Of a stretch of 64,000 bases of DNA, positions 1 to 10,300 are shown piece by piece. A program made the position numbers and the translations under genes. Origin of the DNA: Bacteroidia bacterium (GTDB lineage: Bacteria > Bacteroidota > Bacteroidia > Bacteroidales > UBA7960); the NCBI GenBank assembly GCA_007695305.1, contig REEA01000109.1, positions 14,987 to 78,986 on the forward strand, read 5' to 3'. The number at the start of each line of letters is the position of its first letter. The first letter of the stretch is position 1. The notes under the pieces are model-generated. The model was not told the origin of the DNA. It did not search any database and saw only the letters and a list, made by a program, of their open reading frames with translations.

Positions 1-750
1 GCCGAAGTGCAGACAGAAAACCTGCGCCCCAATGTTTTGCAGGCGGAAAACACCTATGAGGTGGCAATCAATTATTTGAAAGCATTGATCGGGCTCGGCA
101 AGGCAAAGCCTGTTGCCATCGAGGGAAGCCTGTCTGATATGGCCCTGAACCGGCTTGCCGACTTTAATATTCCACAGGCAGATAGAAACCTGGGCAGAAA
201 CACCGATCTTGTTCAGATGGATTTACAATTGAACCTTGTAAACCAGCAAGCGGAAATGGTCAGAGCAAACGGACTGCCTTCACTCGATCTTGCCGGAAAC
301 TATCAATATCAAACCGAAGCAAACCACTTCCGCTTTGCCGATTATCGCTGGGTCGAGACATTTTCGGCCGGCCTGAGACTCACGGTGCCCCTGTTTAACG
401 GATTTGCCATCCGCAGCCAGGCTCAACAACTTGAAATCCTCGGAGAACAAATCAGGCTGCAAAGAGACTACCTGCAGGATAATCTGAATATTCAACTGGA
501 TAATATTTTAAGGTCAATGATGGTGGCAGTGGAAAAAACATCAAACGCCAGAAATAATGTGCGCATGGCAGAAAGAGGGTATGAAATTGCCAAAACAAGA
601 TATGAAACCGGTCAGGGAACGCTGATGGAACTTAACGACAGTGAGATAGCCCTGACGCAGGCAAGGTTTAATCTTCTGCAGGCCAAGCACGAAATCCTGC
701 ACGCAAAAGCAGAGTATGATAAATTCATCGGAGAAAACGGAAATATGTAA
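1..750 (+). CDS. Outer membrane efflux protein (TolC-like OMF), C-terminal part; 5' end lies upstream of the window
   Basis: Frame 1 is open from base 1 to the stop at 748-750, so the GTG at 7 is probably internal. The sequence is helical and repeat-like, typical of TolC-family outer membrane factors. It sits directly upstream of the MFP and RND genes. Confidence 0.8.
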   Translation, partial: AEVQTENLRPNVLQAENTYEVAINYLKALIGLGKAKPVAIEGSLSDMALNRLADFNIPQADRNLGRNTDLVQMDLQLNLVNQQAEMVRANGLPSLDLAGNYQYQTEANHFRFADYRWVETFSAGLRLTVPLFNGFAIRSQAQQLEILGEQIRLQRDYLQDNLNIQLDNILRSMMVAVEKTSNARNNVRMAERGYEIAKTRYETGQGTLMELNDSEIALTQARFNLLQAKHEILHAKAEYDKFIGENGNM

Positions 751-774
751 AACAACCCTGAAAACGAATATGTT

Positions 775-1836
775 ATGACAACTTTTCTAAAACCCAAAAA
801 CCTGATTCTTGTTGCTCTCATACTGCTCATCTCAGGATGCGGTGTCACCACACCGGAAGAAGAATCTGAAAGGCAAAAAGTCCTTGTTGAACTGACCAGG
901 ATCGAACAGACCATAGTACCCAATGATGTCCGGATAACAGGGGTTGTAGAACCCTTTGAGGTATCGCATATCGGAGCACCTACGCCGTCGCGCATCGAAA
1001 AAATCTATGTGGATGTGGGAGACCGTGTTGAAAAAGGACAGTTGCTGGTACAAATGGACAGAACCCAGCTTTTTCAGGCCCAGGTGCAACTGGACAATAT
1101 CAGGGAAGACCTTCGGCGTATGGACACCCTGCTAAGGGTAGGGGCGGTGACACAACAACAATATGACCAGCTGAAAACCCAGTATGAAGTAGCATCCAGC
1201 AATGTTCAAAATCTCGAAGAGAACACACAGATAAGGGCCAATATCCCCGGTATGATCACCGGTCGCTTTAACAGCGATGGTGAAATATTTTCCATGGCTC
1301 CCGCCACACCGGGAGGCAGGCCTGCAATTGTTACCTTAAAACAAATTCAACCCGTGAAAATCATGGTAGGACTTTCCGAACGATTCTTCCCGGAAGTAAA
1401 GCCCGGGATGGAAGCGAGCATTACACTTGATATTTTCCCGGGGCGTGCATTCAGCGGCCGCGTTAAAAGGATACATCCTACCATCGACCGTATGTCAGGA
1501 ACATTTCAGGTTGAAGTGCTGATCGAAAACCGGGACCTCACATTGCGTCCGGGCATGTTTGCAAGGGTTTCACTGAAGCTTGGAGAAATGGAAGGATTGC
1601 TGGTGCCTTCACTTGCCGTCAGAAAACAGGTGGGCTCCGACGAACGTTTTGTTTTCATTGTAGAAGATGACAAAGCATATCGCCGTACCGTCACCCTCGG
1701 ACGTACCTTTGACGATCAACTTGAAATATTGTCAGGAATCAGCACAGGAGAAATGATTGTAGTTACCGGCCAACACAACCTCGTTGACGGATCAGAAGTT
1801 GAAATCGTCAACATCAAATCCAACATAATCAACTGA
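775..1836 (+). CDS. Efflux RND transporter periplasmic adaptor subunit (MFP/HlyD family)
   Basis: ATG start. N-terminal lipoprotein-like signal (LLISGCG). Biotinyl-lipoyl-like hairpin (VDVGDRVEKGQLLVQMD), coiled-coil, then beta-barrel region. Located between the OMF and RND pump genes. Confidence 0.9.
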   Translation: MTTFLKPKNLILVALILLISGCGVTTPEEESERQKVLVELTRIEQTIVPNDVRITGVVEPFEVSHIGAPTPSRIEKIYVDVGDRVEKGQLLVQMDRTQLFQAQVQLDNIREDLRRMDTLLRVGAVTQQQYDQLKTQYEVASSNVQNLEENTQIRANIPGMITGRFNSDGEIFSMAPATPGGRPAIVTLKQIQPVKIMVGLSERFFPEVKPGMEASITLDIFPGRAFSGRVKRIHPTIDRMSGTFQVEVLIENRDLTLRPGMFARVSLKLGEMEGLLVPSLAVRKQVGSDERFVFIVEDDKAYRRTVTLGRTFDDQLEILSGISTGEMIVVTGQHNLVDGSEVEIVNIKSNIIN

Positions 1837-1857
1837 TAATGTCTAAACCGTTGTAAG

Positions 1858-4800
1858 ATGAAATTATATCGATCTGCAGTACAAAGACCCATAACCACCC
1901 TGATGGTATTTGTTGCCTTATTGGCAATCGGTGCCTACAGTTTGAGGAACTTGCCCGTTGACCTGTATCCGGAAATTGACCCGCCATTTATCAGTATTTT
2001 TACAATCTATCCGGGTGCCAGTGCCGCTGATATTGAAACCAACGTTACCAGGCCCCTTGAAGATAACCTCAGCACAATCACCGACCTCAAAGAAATCACT
2101 TCTGTTTCCAGAGACGACGTGTCAACAATTATTCTGGAATTTGAGTATGAAACCAATCTGGACGAAGCAACCAATGAAGTCCGGGACGTAATCGGGCGTA
2201 TCATCAGGTTCCTCCCTGAAGACATAGAACAGCCCGTCATTTTCAAGTTCAGCTCGGCGATGATTCCGGTAATGATACTGGCCGCCACCGCGGATGAAAG
2301 CTACCCTGCCCTTGCCAAGATCATTGACCAGAACGTGGTTAACCCGCTAAGCAGAATAGAAGGTGTGGGCACGGTAGGCGTGGCGGGCGCACCCATTCGC
2401 GAGGTACAGGTAAATGTTGACCCCGAAAAACTGGATGCCTTCAATATCACTGTCGAACAAATCGGTGCAGTGCTGGCCATGGAAAACATCAACCTTCCAT
2501 CCGGCAACCTCAAAATGGGGCAGGTGGACTACCCGCTGCGCTTTGTAGGGGAATTTCAGGAAAGCCGCCATATCAATGATATTGTCATTGGAAGCGTCAA
2601 CGGAATACCGGTTTATGTGTCGGATGTGGCTGAAGTGAAAGACACCCTCAGGGAATTAACCATCGAAGAACGTCTCAATCAACGGCAGGGACTGCGCCTG
2701 ATCGTTCAGAGACAATCCGGTGCAAATACCGTGCAAATCGCCAACGAAATAAACAAACGCCTGCCAGACATTCGGGAAAACCTGCCCCCGGATGTGGAAC
2801 TCATGATGGTTATTGATCTTTCGGAATTCATCACCGATGCCGTCGATAACCTCGTCAATATTCTCTATTTCGCGGCTATTTTCGTGACCATCGTAGTGCT
2901 TTTCTTTATCGGACGATGGCGCGCAACATTTATCATTATTCTCACCATACCGGTGTCACTGGTAGCCGCCTTTGTCTACCTCTATTTCTCAGGGAACTCC
3001 CTAAACCTGATTTCACTCTCCAGTTTAACCATTGCCATGGGGATGGTGGTTGATGATGCTATTGTGGTGCTTGAAAACGCTACAAAACATATTGAAAGAG
3101 GTAGCTCACCAAGAGAAGCTGCCATTTATGGCACCAACGAGGTGGGGCTTGCCGTTGTCGCATCCACGCTGACTGTACTGGCTGTTTTCCTTCCGCTTAC
3201 CATGATTTCCGGACTGATGGGATTGTTTTTCCGCCAGTTGGGCTTCATCGTTGCCATTACTGTTTCCGTGTCAACCATTGCAGCTCTTTCGCTAACCCCA
3301 ATGCTGACATCCAAACTGATGAAAGAAGGAGGTGGCAGAAGCGCCGGGTTTGGCCCGAAAGCCACCAAGGCCATTATTCGAATCCTGGAAGGCCTGGACA
3401 ACGGCTATGAAAGGCTGCTTACATGGGCTGTTAGCAGAAAAGCACTGGTAACCATAGTGTCAGTGCTGATTTTTGTGGGCAGCTTCTTCCTGGTACCTTT
3501 CATTGGCACAACCTTTATGCCCGACTCCGATCAGAACAGAATAGATGTTGATATTGAACTCCCCATTGGACTGCGTCTTGAAGAAACCACGAAAACAGCA
3601 TATGCCATAGAGCAGATCATAGAAGACAGATTCCCTGAAGTTGATATGTACAGCGTCAGCTCCGGAGCGGCAACCGCCGGAATGTTTTTTGGCACAGGTA
3701 TGGCAGGCAGCCATACAATTGATGTCACCATGCGGCTACTGCCACAGAGAGAAAGGGAGCGCGACGTTTGGCAAATCGCCGAAGCACTGCGCCAGGAGCT
3801 GCAACAATTTCCGGAAATTGTTAACTATTCCGTGTCAACCGATGGGGGCGGCGGATTCAGTATGGGCGCACCCGTCCAGGTTGAAATCTCCGGTGACGAC
3901 TTTGATGAAACCGGAAGAATCGCAGAGGAACTCATGTCAAGAATGGCTAATATCCCCGGAGTAAGAGATATAAATCTCAGCAGAGGACCTGAACGGCCGG
4001 AACTGCGCATCGTTCCCGATCAGGAAAAAATGGCCATGTTCGGCCTCAACGCAAACACCGTTTCACAAGCCATTAGAAACAGGGTGGAAGGTATGACAGC
4101 AACACTTTACCGCGAAGACGGAGAAGAATATGATGTGGTCATTAGACACAAGGAAGAGTTCAGAAACTCCATCGCCCACATCGAAAACATTTCCGTGAGA
4201 ACACCGGCCGGACATCTTGTCAAAGTGAAAGAGTTTGCTACCGTGGAAGAATTTTTCTCACCACCAAATATTGAGAGAAAGAACAGAATACGCTACCTCA
4301 CCGTTAACAGTGCGCTTCATGAAAGATCTCTTGGAGATGTTACTGCCGATATTCGGGCTGAGCTCGATCAAATGGAAATCCCGGAAGAGATCGGCGTCGC
4401 TTTTGGTGGCGCCATTCAAGATCAACAGGAAGCCTTTGCCGATCTTCTGTTACTTCTTTTCCTGGCAATTTTCCTGGTTTATGTTGTAATGGCCGCCCAG
4501 TTTGAATCCTTCCGCATGCCATTTATCATTATGCTTGCTGTGCCATTTGCCTTCACCGGTGTGATACTGGCCTTGTTTATTTCCGGCACGGAATTGTCCG
4601 TAATATCCATGATAGGAGGGATTATCCTGGTGGGTATCGTGGTGAAAAACTCGATCGTACTCATCGACTTTACCAATCTGATGTATGCCCGGGGAATGAG
4701 TGTCGTTCAGTCGGTGATCACAGCCGGCAAATCACGTCTTCGCCCGGTATTAATGACCACATTAACCACACTGCTCGCCATGATCCCAATGGTGCTGACC

Positions 4801-4977
4801 ACTGGCGAAGGTTCTGAAATATGGGCGCCAATGGCCATAGCAGTCATCGGAGGACTCTCTTTCTCGACCCTCGTCACCCTGGTATTTGTGCCGGTGGTTT
4901 ACACCATGTTTGGTGCACGCAAGATCAAAAAGGACAGACGCAAGGTACATCGCAGAATCAACGGAAGCCACTCATGA
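1858..4977 (+). CDS. Efflux RND transporter permease subunit (AcrB/AcrD/AcrF family)
   Basis: 1039 aa. Begins with the typical RND N-terminus (RPITTLMVFVALLAIGAYSLRNLPVDLYPEIDPP). Twelve hydrophobic segments in a 2x6 arrangement with two large periplasmic loops. Confidence 0.95.
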   Translation: MKLYRSAVQRPITTLMVFVALLAIGAYSLRNLPVDLYPEIDPPFISIFTIYPGASAADIETNVTRPLEDNLSTITDLKEITSVSRDDVSTIILEFEYETNLDEATNEVRDVIGRIIRFLPEDIEQPVIFKFSSAMIPVMILAATADESYPALAKIIDQNVVNPLSRIEGVGTVGVAGAPIREVQVNVDPEKLDAFNITVEQIGAVLAMENINLPSGNLKMGQVDYPLRFVGEFQESRHINDIVIGSVNGIPVYVSDVAEVKDTLRELTIEERLNQRQGLRLIVQRQSGANTVQIANEINKRLPDIRENLPPDVELMMVIDLSEFITDAVDNLVNILYFAAIFVTIVVLFFIGRWRATFIIILTIPVSLVAAFVYLYFSGNSLNLISLSSLTIAMGMVVDDAIVVLENATKHIERGSSPREAAIYGTNEVGLAVVASTLTVLAVFLPLTMISGLMGLFFRQLGFIVAITVSVSTIAALSLTPMLTSKLMKEGGGRSAGFGPKATKAIIRILEGLDNGYERLLTWAVSRKALVTIVSVLIFVGSFFLVPFIGTTFMPDSDQNRIDVDIELPIGLRLEETTKTAYAIEQIIEDRFPEVDMYSVSSGAATAGMFFGTGMAGSHTIDVTMRLLPQRERERDVWQIAEALRQELQQFPEIVNYSVSTDGGGGFSMGAPVQVEISGDDFDETGRIAEELMSRMANIPGVRDINLSRGPERPELRIVPDQEKMAMFGLNANTVSQAIRNRVEGMTATLYREDGEEYDVVIRHKEEFRNSIAHIENISVRTPAGHLVKVKEFATVEEFFSPPNIERKNRIRYLTVNSALHERSLGDVTADIRAELDQMEIPEEIGVAFGGAIQDQQEAFADLLLLLFLAIFLVYVVMAAQFESFRMPFIIMLAVPFAFTGVILALFISGTELSVISMIGGIILVGIVVKNSIVLIDFTNLMYARGMSVVQSVITAGKSRLRPVLMTTLTTLLAMIPMVLTTGEGSEIWAPMAIAVIGGLSFSTLVTLVFVPVVYTMFGARKIKKDRRKVHRRINGSHS

Positions 4978-5036
4978 TAAACCTCAGCGCAATTGTTTAT
5001 CCTTTTTGATGTTATTGACCATTAAATGATGAAAGT

Positions 5037-5333
5037 ATGAAAGCCGTATTTATCGTATACAATCAGGCCCTTACGGAAAGGGTAGCCGCTTTGCTGGACA
5101 AAACCAACACACGGGGATTTACCCGGTGGCAAGACGTAATGGGCCGGGGAACAAAAACAGGCGATCCCCACATGGGCACACACACATGGCCGGCAATGAA
5201 TACCGCCATTTTATCTGTTGTTGATGCCGACATGGCAGAAAAGTTGCTCAGGGAAGTGGAAGAGCTGAATAAAACAGCTGAGGCCCAAGGTATCCGGGCG
5301 TTCACATGGAATGTTGAGGAAATGGTCGGATAA
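5037..5333 (+). CDS. Small (98 aa) soluble transporter-associated protein of unknown function
   Basis: Clean ATG ORF 59 nt after the RND stop on the same strand. No TM segments. From memory it resembles the family annotated as PG0541-family transporter-associated protein, which follows an RND operon in Porphyromonas. I cannot verify the name here. Confidence 0.6.
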   Translation: MKAVFIVYNQALTERVAALLDKTNTRGFTRWQDVMGRGTKTGDPHMGTHTWPAMNTAILSVVDADMAEKLLREVEELNKTAEAQGIRAFTWNVEEMVG

Positions 5334-5368
5334 CTGATGCCCGGTTCTTGCAGGGCATAGGGAATCGG

Positions 5369-6148
5369 CTATGGATATACCTCGGTGGGAATGCCCAGTG
5401 CCTCCACCCTGGCTGCAATCGAAAGGAGCTCATCTCCAGGTACTTTTTCCACGTCTTCCGTGGGCGTTGCCCTGGCAATGGGATAAATCATTACCAGTTT
5501 AGGTTGCAGCATCTGAATATGCTGTAACCAAAGACTTACCTCATGATCCGTTGTGTTGTCGAAAGATACACCCTTGTGTGTTCCGCGTACAAAAAGTGTC
5601 TGTATGATCAAGTTGCCGGAGAACTGCTTCAGATTCTCAACTATATCGTCAAGGTGAACTTGGCCAGCCGGATTATTGATGAGCCGGAATGTTTCGTTTG
5701 TACCGGCATCCAGCTTCAGGATGTTTTGATCAACCTTTTTCAGGGCTTCGGCAACTTCCTTCTCAGAAGCCAGACTGGCATTGCTGAGAACTGCAATGCG
5801 CCCCTCCGGATAATAACTGTTCCGCAATATGATGGTATCATCTATGATACCGGCAAATTCAGGGTGTAAGGTGGGCTCTCCATTGCCGGCAAACGTGATA
5901 GTGTCAAGCAGTGATTTTTTTTGCTTCATTGCACGCAAACGTAGTTCGAGGGCCTGGTAAACTTCACTGCGTGCAGGATAGGATGCGTTGCTTTTATTGT
6001 CCGGAAGAGTCCAGCCACATTCACAGTACAAACAGTTGAAAGTGCAGTGTTTTTGGTTCAGCGGCAGCAAATTAATTCCCAGAGATATGCCAAGTCGGCG
6101 GCTCTTTACCGGACCAAAAACAATTTGCTCAAAAAGAAAACCATTCAT
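5369..6148 (-). CDS. Radical SAM protein
   Basis: CxxxCxxC cluster motif near the N-terminus (HCTFNCLYCECG), preceded by GPVKSRRLGISLGINL. The start overlaps the lspA stop by 4 nt (ATGA). Confidence 0.85.
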   Translation of the reverse strand: MNGFLFEQIVFGPVKSRRLGISLGINLLPLNQKHCTFNCLYCECGWTLPDNKSNASYPARSEVYQALELRLRAMKQKKSLLDTITFAGNGEPTLHPEFAGIIDDTIILRNSYYPEGRIAVLSNASLASEKEVAEALKKVDQNILKLDAGTNETFRLINNPAGQVHLDDIVENLKQFSGNLIIQTLFVRGTHKGVSFDNTTDHEVSLWLQHIQMLQPKLVMIYPIARATPTEDVEKVPGDELLSIAARVEALGIPTEVYP

Positions 6149-6852
6149 GACAAATCAGTAAACGATACCGGGTTTGAACCATTGTCTTTTTCTTCGGGAC
6201 TTTGCTCAGCCATATCTTCTCCGTCAGGGTTGTCAGATTTCTTTTGCTGTAGGGCAAAAAATTTCTTCTGAAAAACAATCAAAATAAACACACCGGTTGT
6301 AATGGAGGCATCGGCGATATTAAAAACGGGCCTGAAAAAAATATAGGGTTCTCCTGCCCATATTGGGAGCCACTCCGGAAACGTACCTTTGATAACCGGA
6401 AAGTAAAGCATGTCAACGACCTTGCCGTGGAGGAAAGTTCCATAACCTCCCCCCTCAGGAAATATAACGGCCACTTCATTAAAAAGACTCTCGCTGAAAA
6501 TCAGCCCGTAGAAAGTACTGTCAATAATGTTTCCCAATGCACCTGCCATAATCATGGAGACGCAGAAAATCAACCCTTTGTGCGCTTTTTTGTCAACAAG
6601 GCGGTATAGATATAAACCAATGAAAACAACGGCAACAATGCGGAAAATACTCAGGGCAAGCTTTCCATACTCACCGGAAAACTCCAGGCCGAAAGCCATC
6701 CCGTAGTTTTCTGTAAAATGAATGATAAACCAGTCACCGAATACAGGGATACTCTCACCAAGTGCCATATTGGTCTTAACCAAAACCTTGGATACCTGGT
6801 CAAGCAAAAGAATGCTTAAAACGACCAACCAGGGGATGTGCTTTTTTTTCAA
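6145..6852 (-). CDS. lspA: Lipoprotein signal peptidase II
   Basis: Four hydrophobic segments and LspA motifs (LLLDQVSKVLV, FTENYGMAFG, NIIDS, FNIADASI). Apparent TTG start. The C-terminal charged tail is longer than I would expect. Confidence 0.9.
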   Translation of the reverse strand: MKKKHIPWLVVLSILLLDQVSKVLVKTNMALGESIPVFGDWFIIHFTENYGMAFGLEFSGEYGKLALSIFRIVAVVFIGLYLYRLVDKKAHKGLIFCVSMIMAGALGNIIDSTFYGLIFSESLFNEVAVIFPEGGGYGTFLHGKVVDMLYFPVIKGTFPEWLPIWAGEPYIFFRPVFNIADASITTGVFILIVFQKKFFALQQKKSDNPDGEDMAEQSPEEKDNGSNPVSFTDLS

Positions 6853-6876
6853 ACCGGCAGAAAAGTTTATTCCTGG

Positions 6877-7275
6877 TCAGATTTCGTTGGGCTTTCTGTT
6901 CATTTTTGCCTCAATGCTCAATGTGGCATGAGGCACACTGCGCAAACGCTCCTTGGAAATGAGCTTCCCGGTGCTCCGGCATATCCCGTAGGTTTTGTTC
7001 TCGATACGAATGAGTGCGTTTTCCAGATCACGAATGAACTTTTGCTGTCGTGCAGCAAGCTGGCCATTTTCTTCTTTTGAAAGAACCTGTGAACCCTCTT
7101 CTAAAATTTTAAATGATGGAGAGGTGTCATTGGTGTCATTTTCATTTTGGGTGGTATATGCTTCGGTGAGCAGCTTCAATCCTTCCCTTGCTTCCTCCAG
7201 CTTCTTCATGATGATTTCGCGGAACTCCTGGAGCTCCTCATCAGAATACCTCGTTTTTTCTCGTTTCGTTTCCAT
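6877..7275 (-). CDS. TraR/DksA family transcriptional regulator
   Basis: 132 aa with an N-terminal coiled-coil and a C-terminal DksA-like segment (YGICRSTGKLISKERLRSVPHATLSIEAK). The position between ileS and lspA is conserved in Bacteroidota. Confidence 0.8.
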   Translation of the reverse strand: METKREKTRYSDEELQEFREIIMKKLEEAREGLKLLTEAYTTQNENDTNDTSPSFKILEEGSQVLSKEENGQLAARQQKFIRDLENALIRIENKTYGICRSTGKLISKERLRSVPHATLSIEAKMNRKPNEI

Positions 7276-7301
7276 AACCTATTGGATTTAATGATTGCTT
7301 G

Positions 7302-10300
7302 TTATTTTTGATTTTTTTTGATCGAAACAAAGGTCTGAACATCATCCATAAGATCCACGGCCACCTTTTGATCATCGTCAATGGTATCAACGTAACAAAG
7401 ATTGGTTGCCAGTGTTTCCGAACAAATATAATCATTATTATTGAATAATGCATTGGTAATACCCGGGTGTTTCTGAACCTTGATTTCAATTTTGTCTGTC
7501 ACCTCAAATCCCTTTTCTTTTCTAAGGTTTTGGATGCGGTTGATCAGCTCCCGCGCAACACCCTCGTTACGTAAACTGTCCGTAATGGTAACGTCGAGTG
7601 CTACCGTTATCTTGCCTTCATTGGCCACCAGCCAGCCGGGGATGTCTTCCGACATGATCTCCACATCATCAGGGTTAATCTCCACATCTTGCCCGTCAAT
7701 AATCAGGGTCTTTTTCCCTTCACTTTCAAAATCCTGAATCTCTTCCTGTGAAAAGCCGTTGATGATGGCAGCAATTTGCTTCATCATTTTTCCGTAGCGG
7801 GGCCCTAAAGATTTGAAATTTGGCTTAATTTTTTTTATCAGTATACCTGCTGTTTCATCAAGGTATTCCATCTGCTTCACGTTAACCTCCGATAAGATCA
7901 GTTGCTCAACCCCTTCCAGCTGGTTGCGGAAGTGTTCGTCAATCACCGGTATCATGATCTTTTGCAAAGGTTGTCTCACGCGGATGTTCACCTTTTTTCT
8001 CAATGCAAGCGTCATGGACGAAATTTTTTGCGCCAGCTGCATCTTTTCTTCCAGCTGAGCGTCGATCATGGCGGTGTCGGGTTCGGGATAATGGGTGAGA
8101 TGAACCGATGCGAGTTTATGTCGTCCTGTTATACTGTTCAGATCGATAAACAACCTCTCTGCAAAAAACGGTGCGACGGGTGCCGTGATCATGGCCAGCG
8201 ACTCCAGACAACGATAAAGGGTCTGGTAGGCTGAAATCTTATCTTGCGTGTAGTCGCCCTTCCAGAAACGACGGCGGCATAATCGGACATACCAGTTGCT
8301 CAAATGCTCATCCACAAAATTGTGAATCAGACGGCAGGCGCGCGTTGGCTCAAAGTCTTCGTAACAAGCATCCGTTTTCTTGATCAGCGTGTTCAATTCC
8401 GACAAGATCCAGCGGTCTATTTCCGGTCTTTGATCAACAGGAACTTCTTCTTCACGATAGGTAAAACCATCGATATTGGCATACAGCGCAAAGAAAGCAT
8501 ACGTGTTGTAAAGGGTTCCGAAAAACTTACGCCTCACCTCTTCTACGCCCTCAAGGTCAAACTTCAAATTGTCCCAGGGCTGTGCGTTGCTGATCATATA
8601 CCAGCGCGTTGCATCCGGCCCGTGCTTTTTTATGGTTTCAAACGGATCGATGGCATTGCCCAAACGTTTCGACATTTTATTGCCGGCTTTGTCAAGCACT
8701 AAACCATTGGATACAACGGTTTTGAAAGCCACAGAATCGGAAATCATGGTTGAAATGGCATGCAGGGTAAAAAACCAACCCCTTGTCTGATCAACCCCTT
8801 CTGCAATGAAATCAGCCGGAAAATTGCTTTCAAACAACTCTTTGTTCTCGAAAGGATAATGATATTGGGCGTAAGGCATGGCACCACTGTCAAACCAAAC
8901 GTCGATAAGGTCCAGCTCCCTGAACATCTTTTTTCCGGAAGGACTTACCAGAATGATGTCGTCAACAAAAGGACGGTGCAGGTCAAACCGCAGGTAATTT
9001 TCATCCGACATGTCGTCGGGGCTGAAATCCTGAAGCGGATTTTCTGACATGAAACCTGCCCCAATGGATTGTTCAACAGCTTCTTTGAGTTGCTTTGCAG
9101 AACCAATGCATACCATTTCGTCCCGGTCTTCGGTAACCCAGATTGGCAGGGGCACACCCCAGTAGCGGGAACGACTGAGGTTCCAGTCCTGCAGATTGTC
9201 CAGCCAGTTGGCAAACCTTCCCGTGCCGGTGCTTTCCGGCTTCCAGCGAATGGTGTCGTTCAGCGCTATCATCCGGTCTTTGATGGCAGTGGTACGAATG
9301 AACCAGGAGTCCAGCGGGTAATACAGGATGGGCTTATCCGTACGCCAGCAGTGTGGGTAGGAGTGCTCGTACTTTTCCGCTTTGAAAGCGCGGTTTTCTG
9401 TTTTTAATTTAATGATGATATCCACATCCACAGGACGCTCTTCAGGCGGATCATTTTCACCAATGTAATCAGGCTTCACAAACCTGCCGGCAAACTCCCC
9501 CATGGCATCAATGAATCTCCCCTTTTTATCCACCATGGTAAGTGAACCAAGGGAATACTGCTGACCAACCTTAAAGTCGTCGGCACCAAAGCTGGGTGCA
9601 ATGTGCACCACACCTGTACCATCTTCCGTGGTCACAAAATCACCAAGCACTATCCGAAACGGATCTCCATCATCGGGCTGCGCATAAGGCAACAACTGCT
9701 CGTACCTGATATTCTCTAACTGAGCCCCTTTGAATTCAGCAACTACTTCGTAAGGTATCTTTTTGTCACCCTCCTTGTAACTGTCAAACGGAATCTTTGC
9801 ATGGTCCGGATTGAAAAAACTGCTTGTCAGATCTTTGGCAAGCATTACCCGGATAGGCTGGTGGGTGTAGGGATTAAATGTTTTTATCTTGACATAACTT
9901 ATGTTTTTACCAACTGCAAGTCCGGTGTTGCTGGGAAGCGTCCAGGGTGTGGTCGTCCATGCCAGGAGAAAAACTTCTTCATCACCATCAAACAGAAATG
10001 CCGACTGTTCATCACGAACCACTTTAAATTGTGCCGTAAGGGAATTGTCCTTCACATTACGATAGCAGCCGGGCTGATTGAGCTCATGAGTGCTGAGTCC
10101 GGTTCCGGCAGCAGGAGAATAGGGTTGAATACTATATCCTTTGTATAGCAAACCTTTTTCAAACAGCTTGCTTAAAAGATACCAGACAGTCTCAATGTAT
10201 TTGTTGTCAAACGTAATATAAGGATCACTAAGGTCCAGCCAGTAGCCCATCTGCAGCGTCAATTCATCCCAGGTGTCTTTGTATTTCATGACGTCTTTGC

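Noticed and set aside
5334-5368. Possible terminator hairpin ATGCCC-N10-GGGCAT between the RND-associated gene and the radical SAM gene
   Set aside because: It has a 6 bp stem, a 10 nt loop and no flanking T or A run. That is too weak to call.
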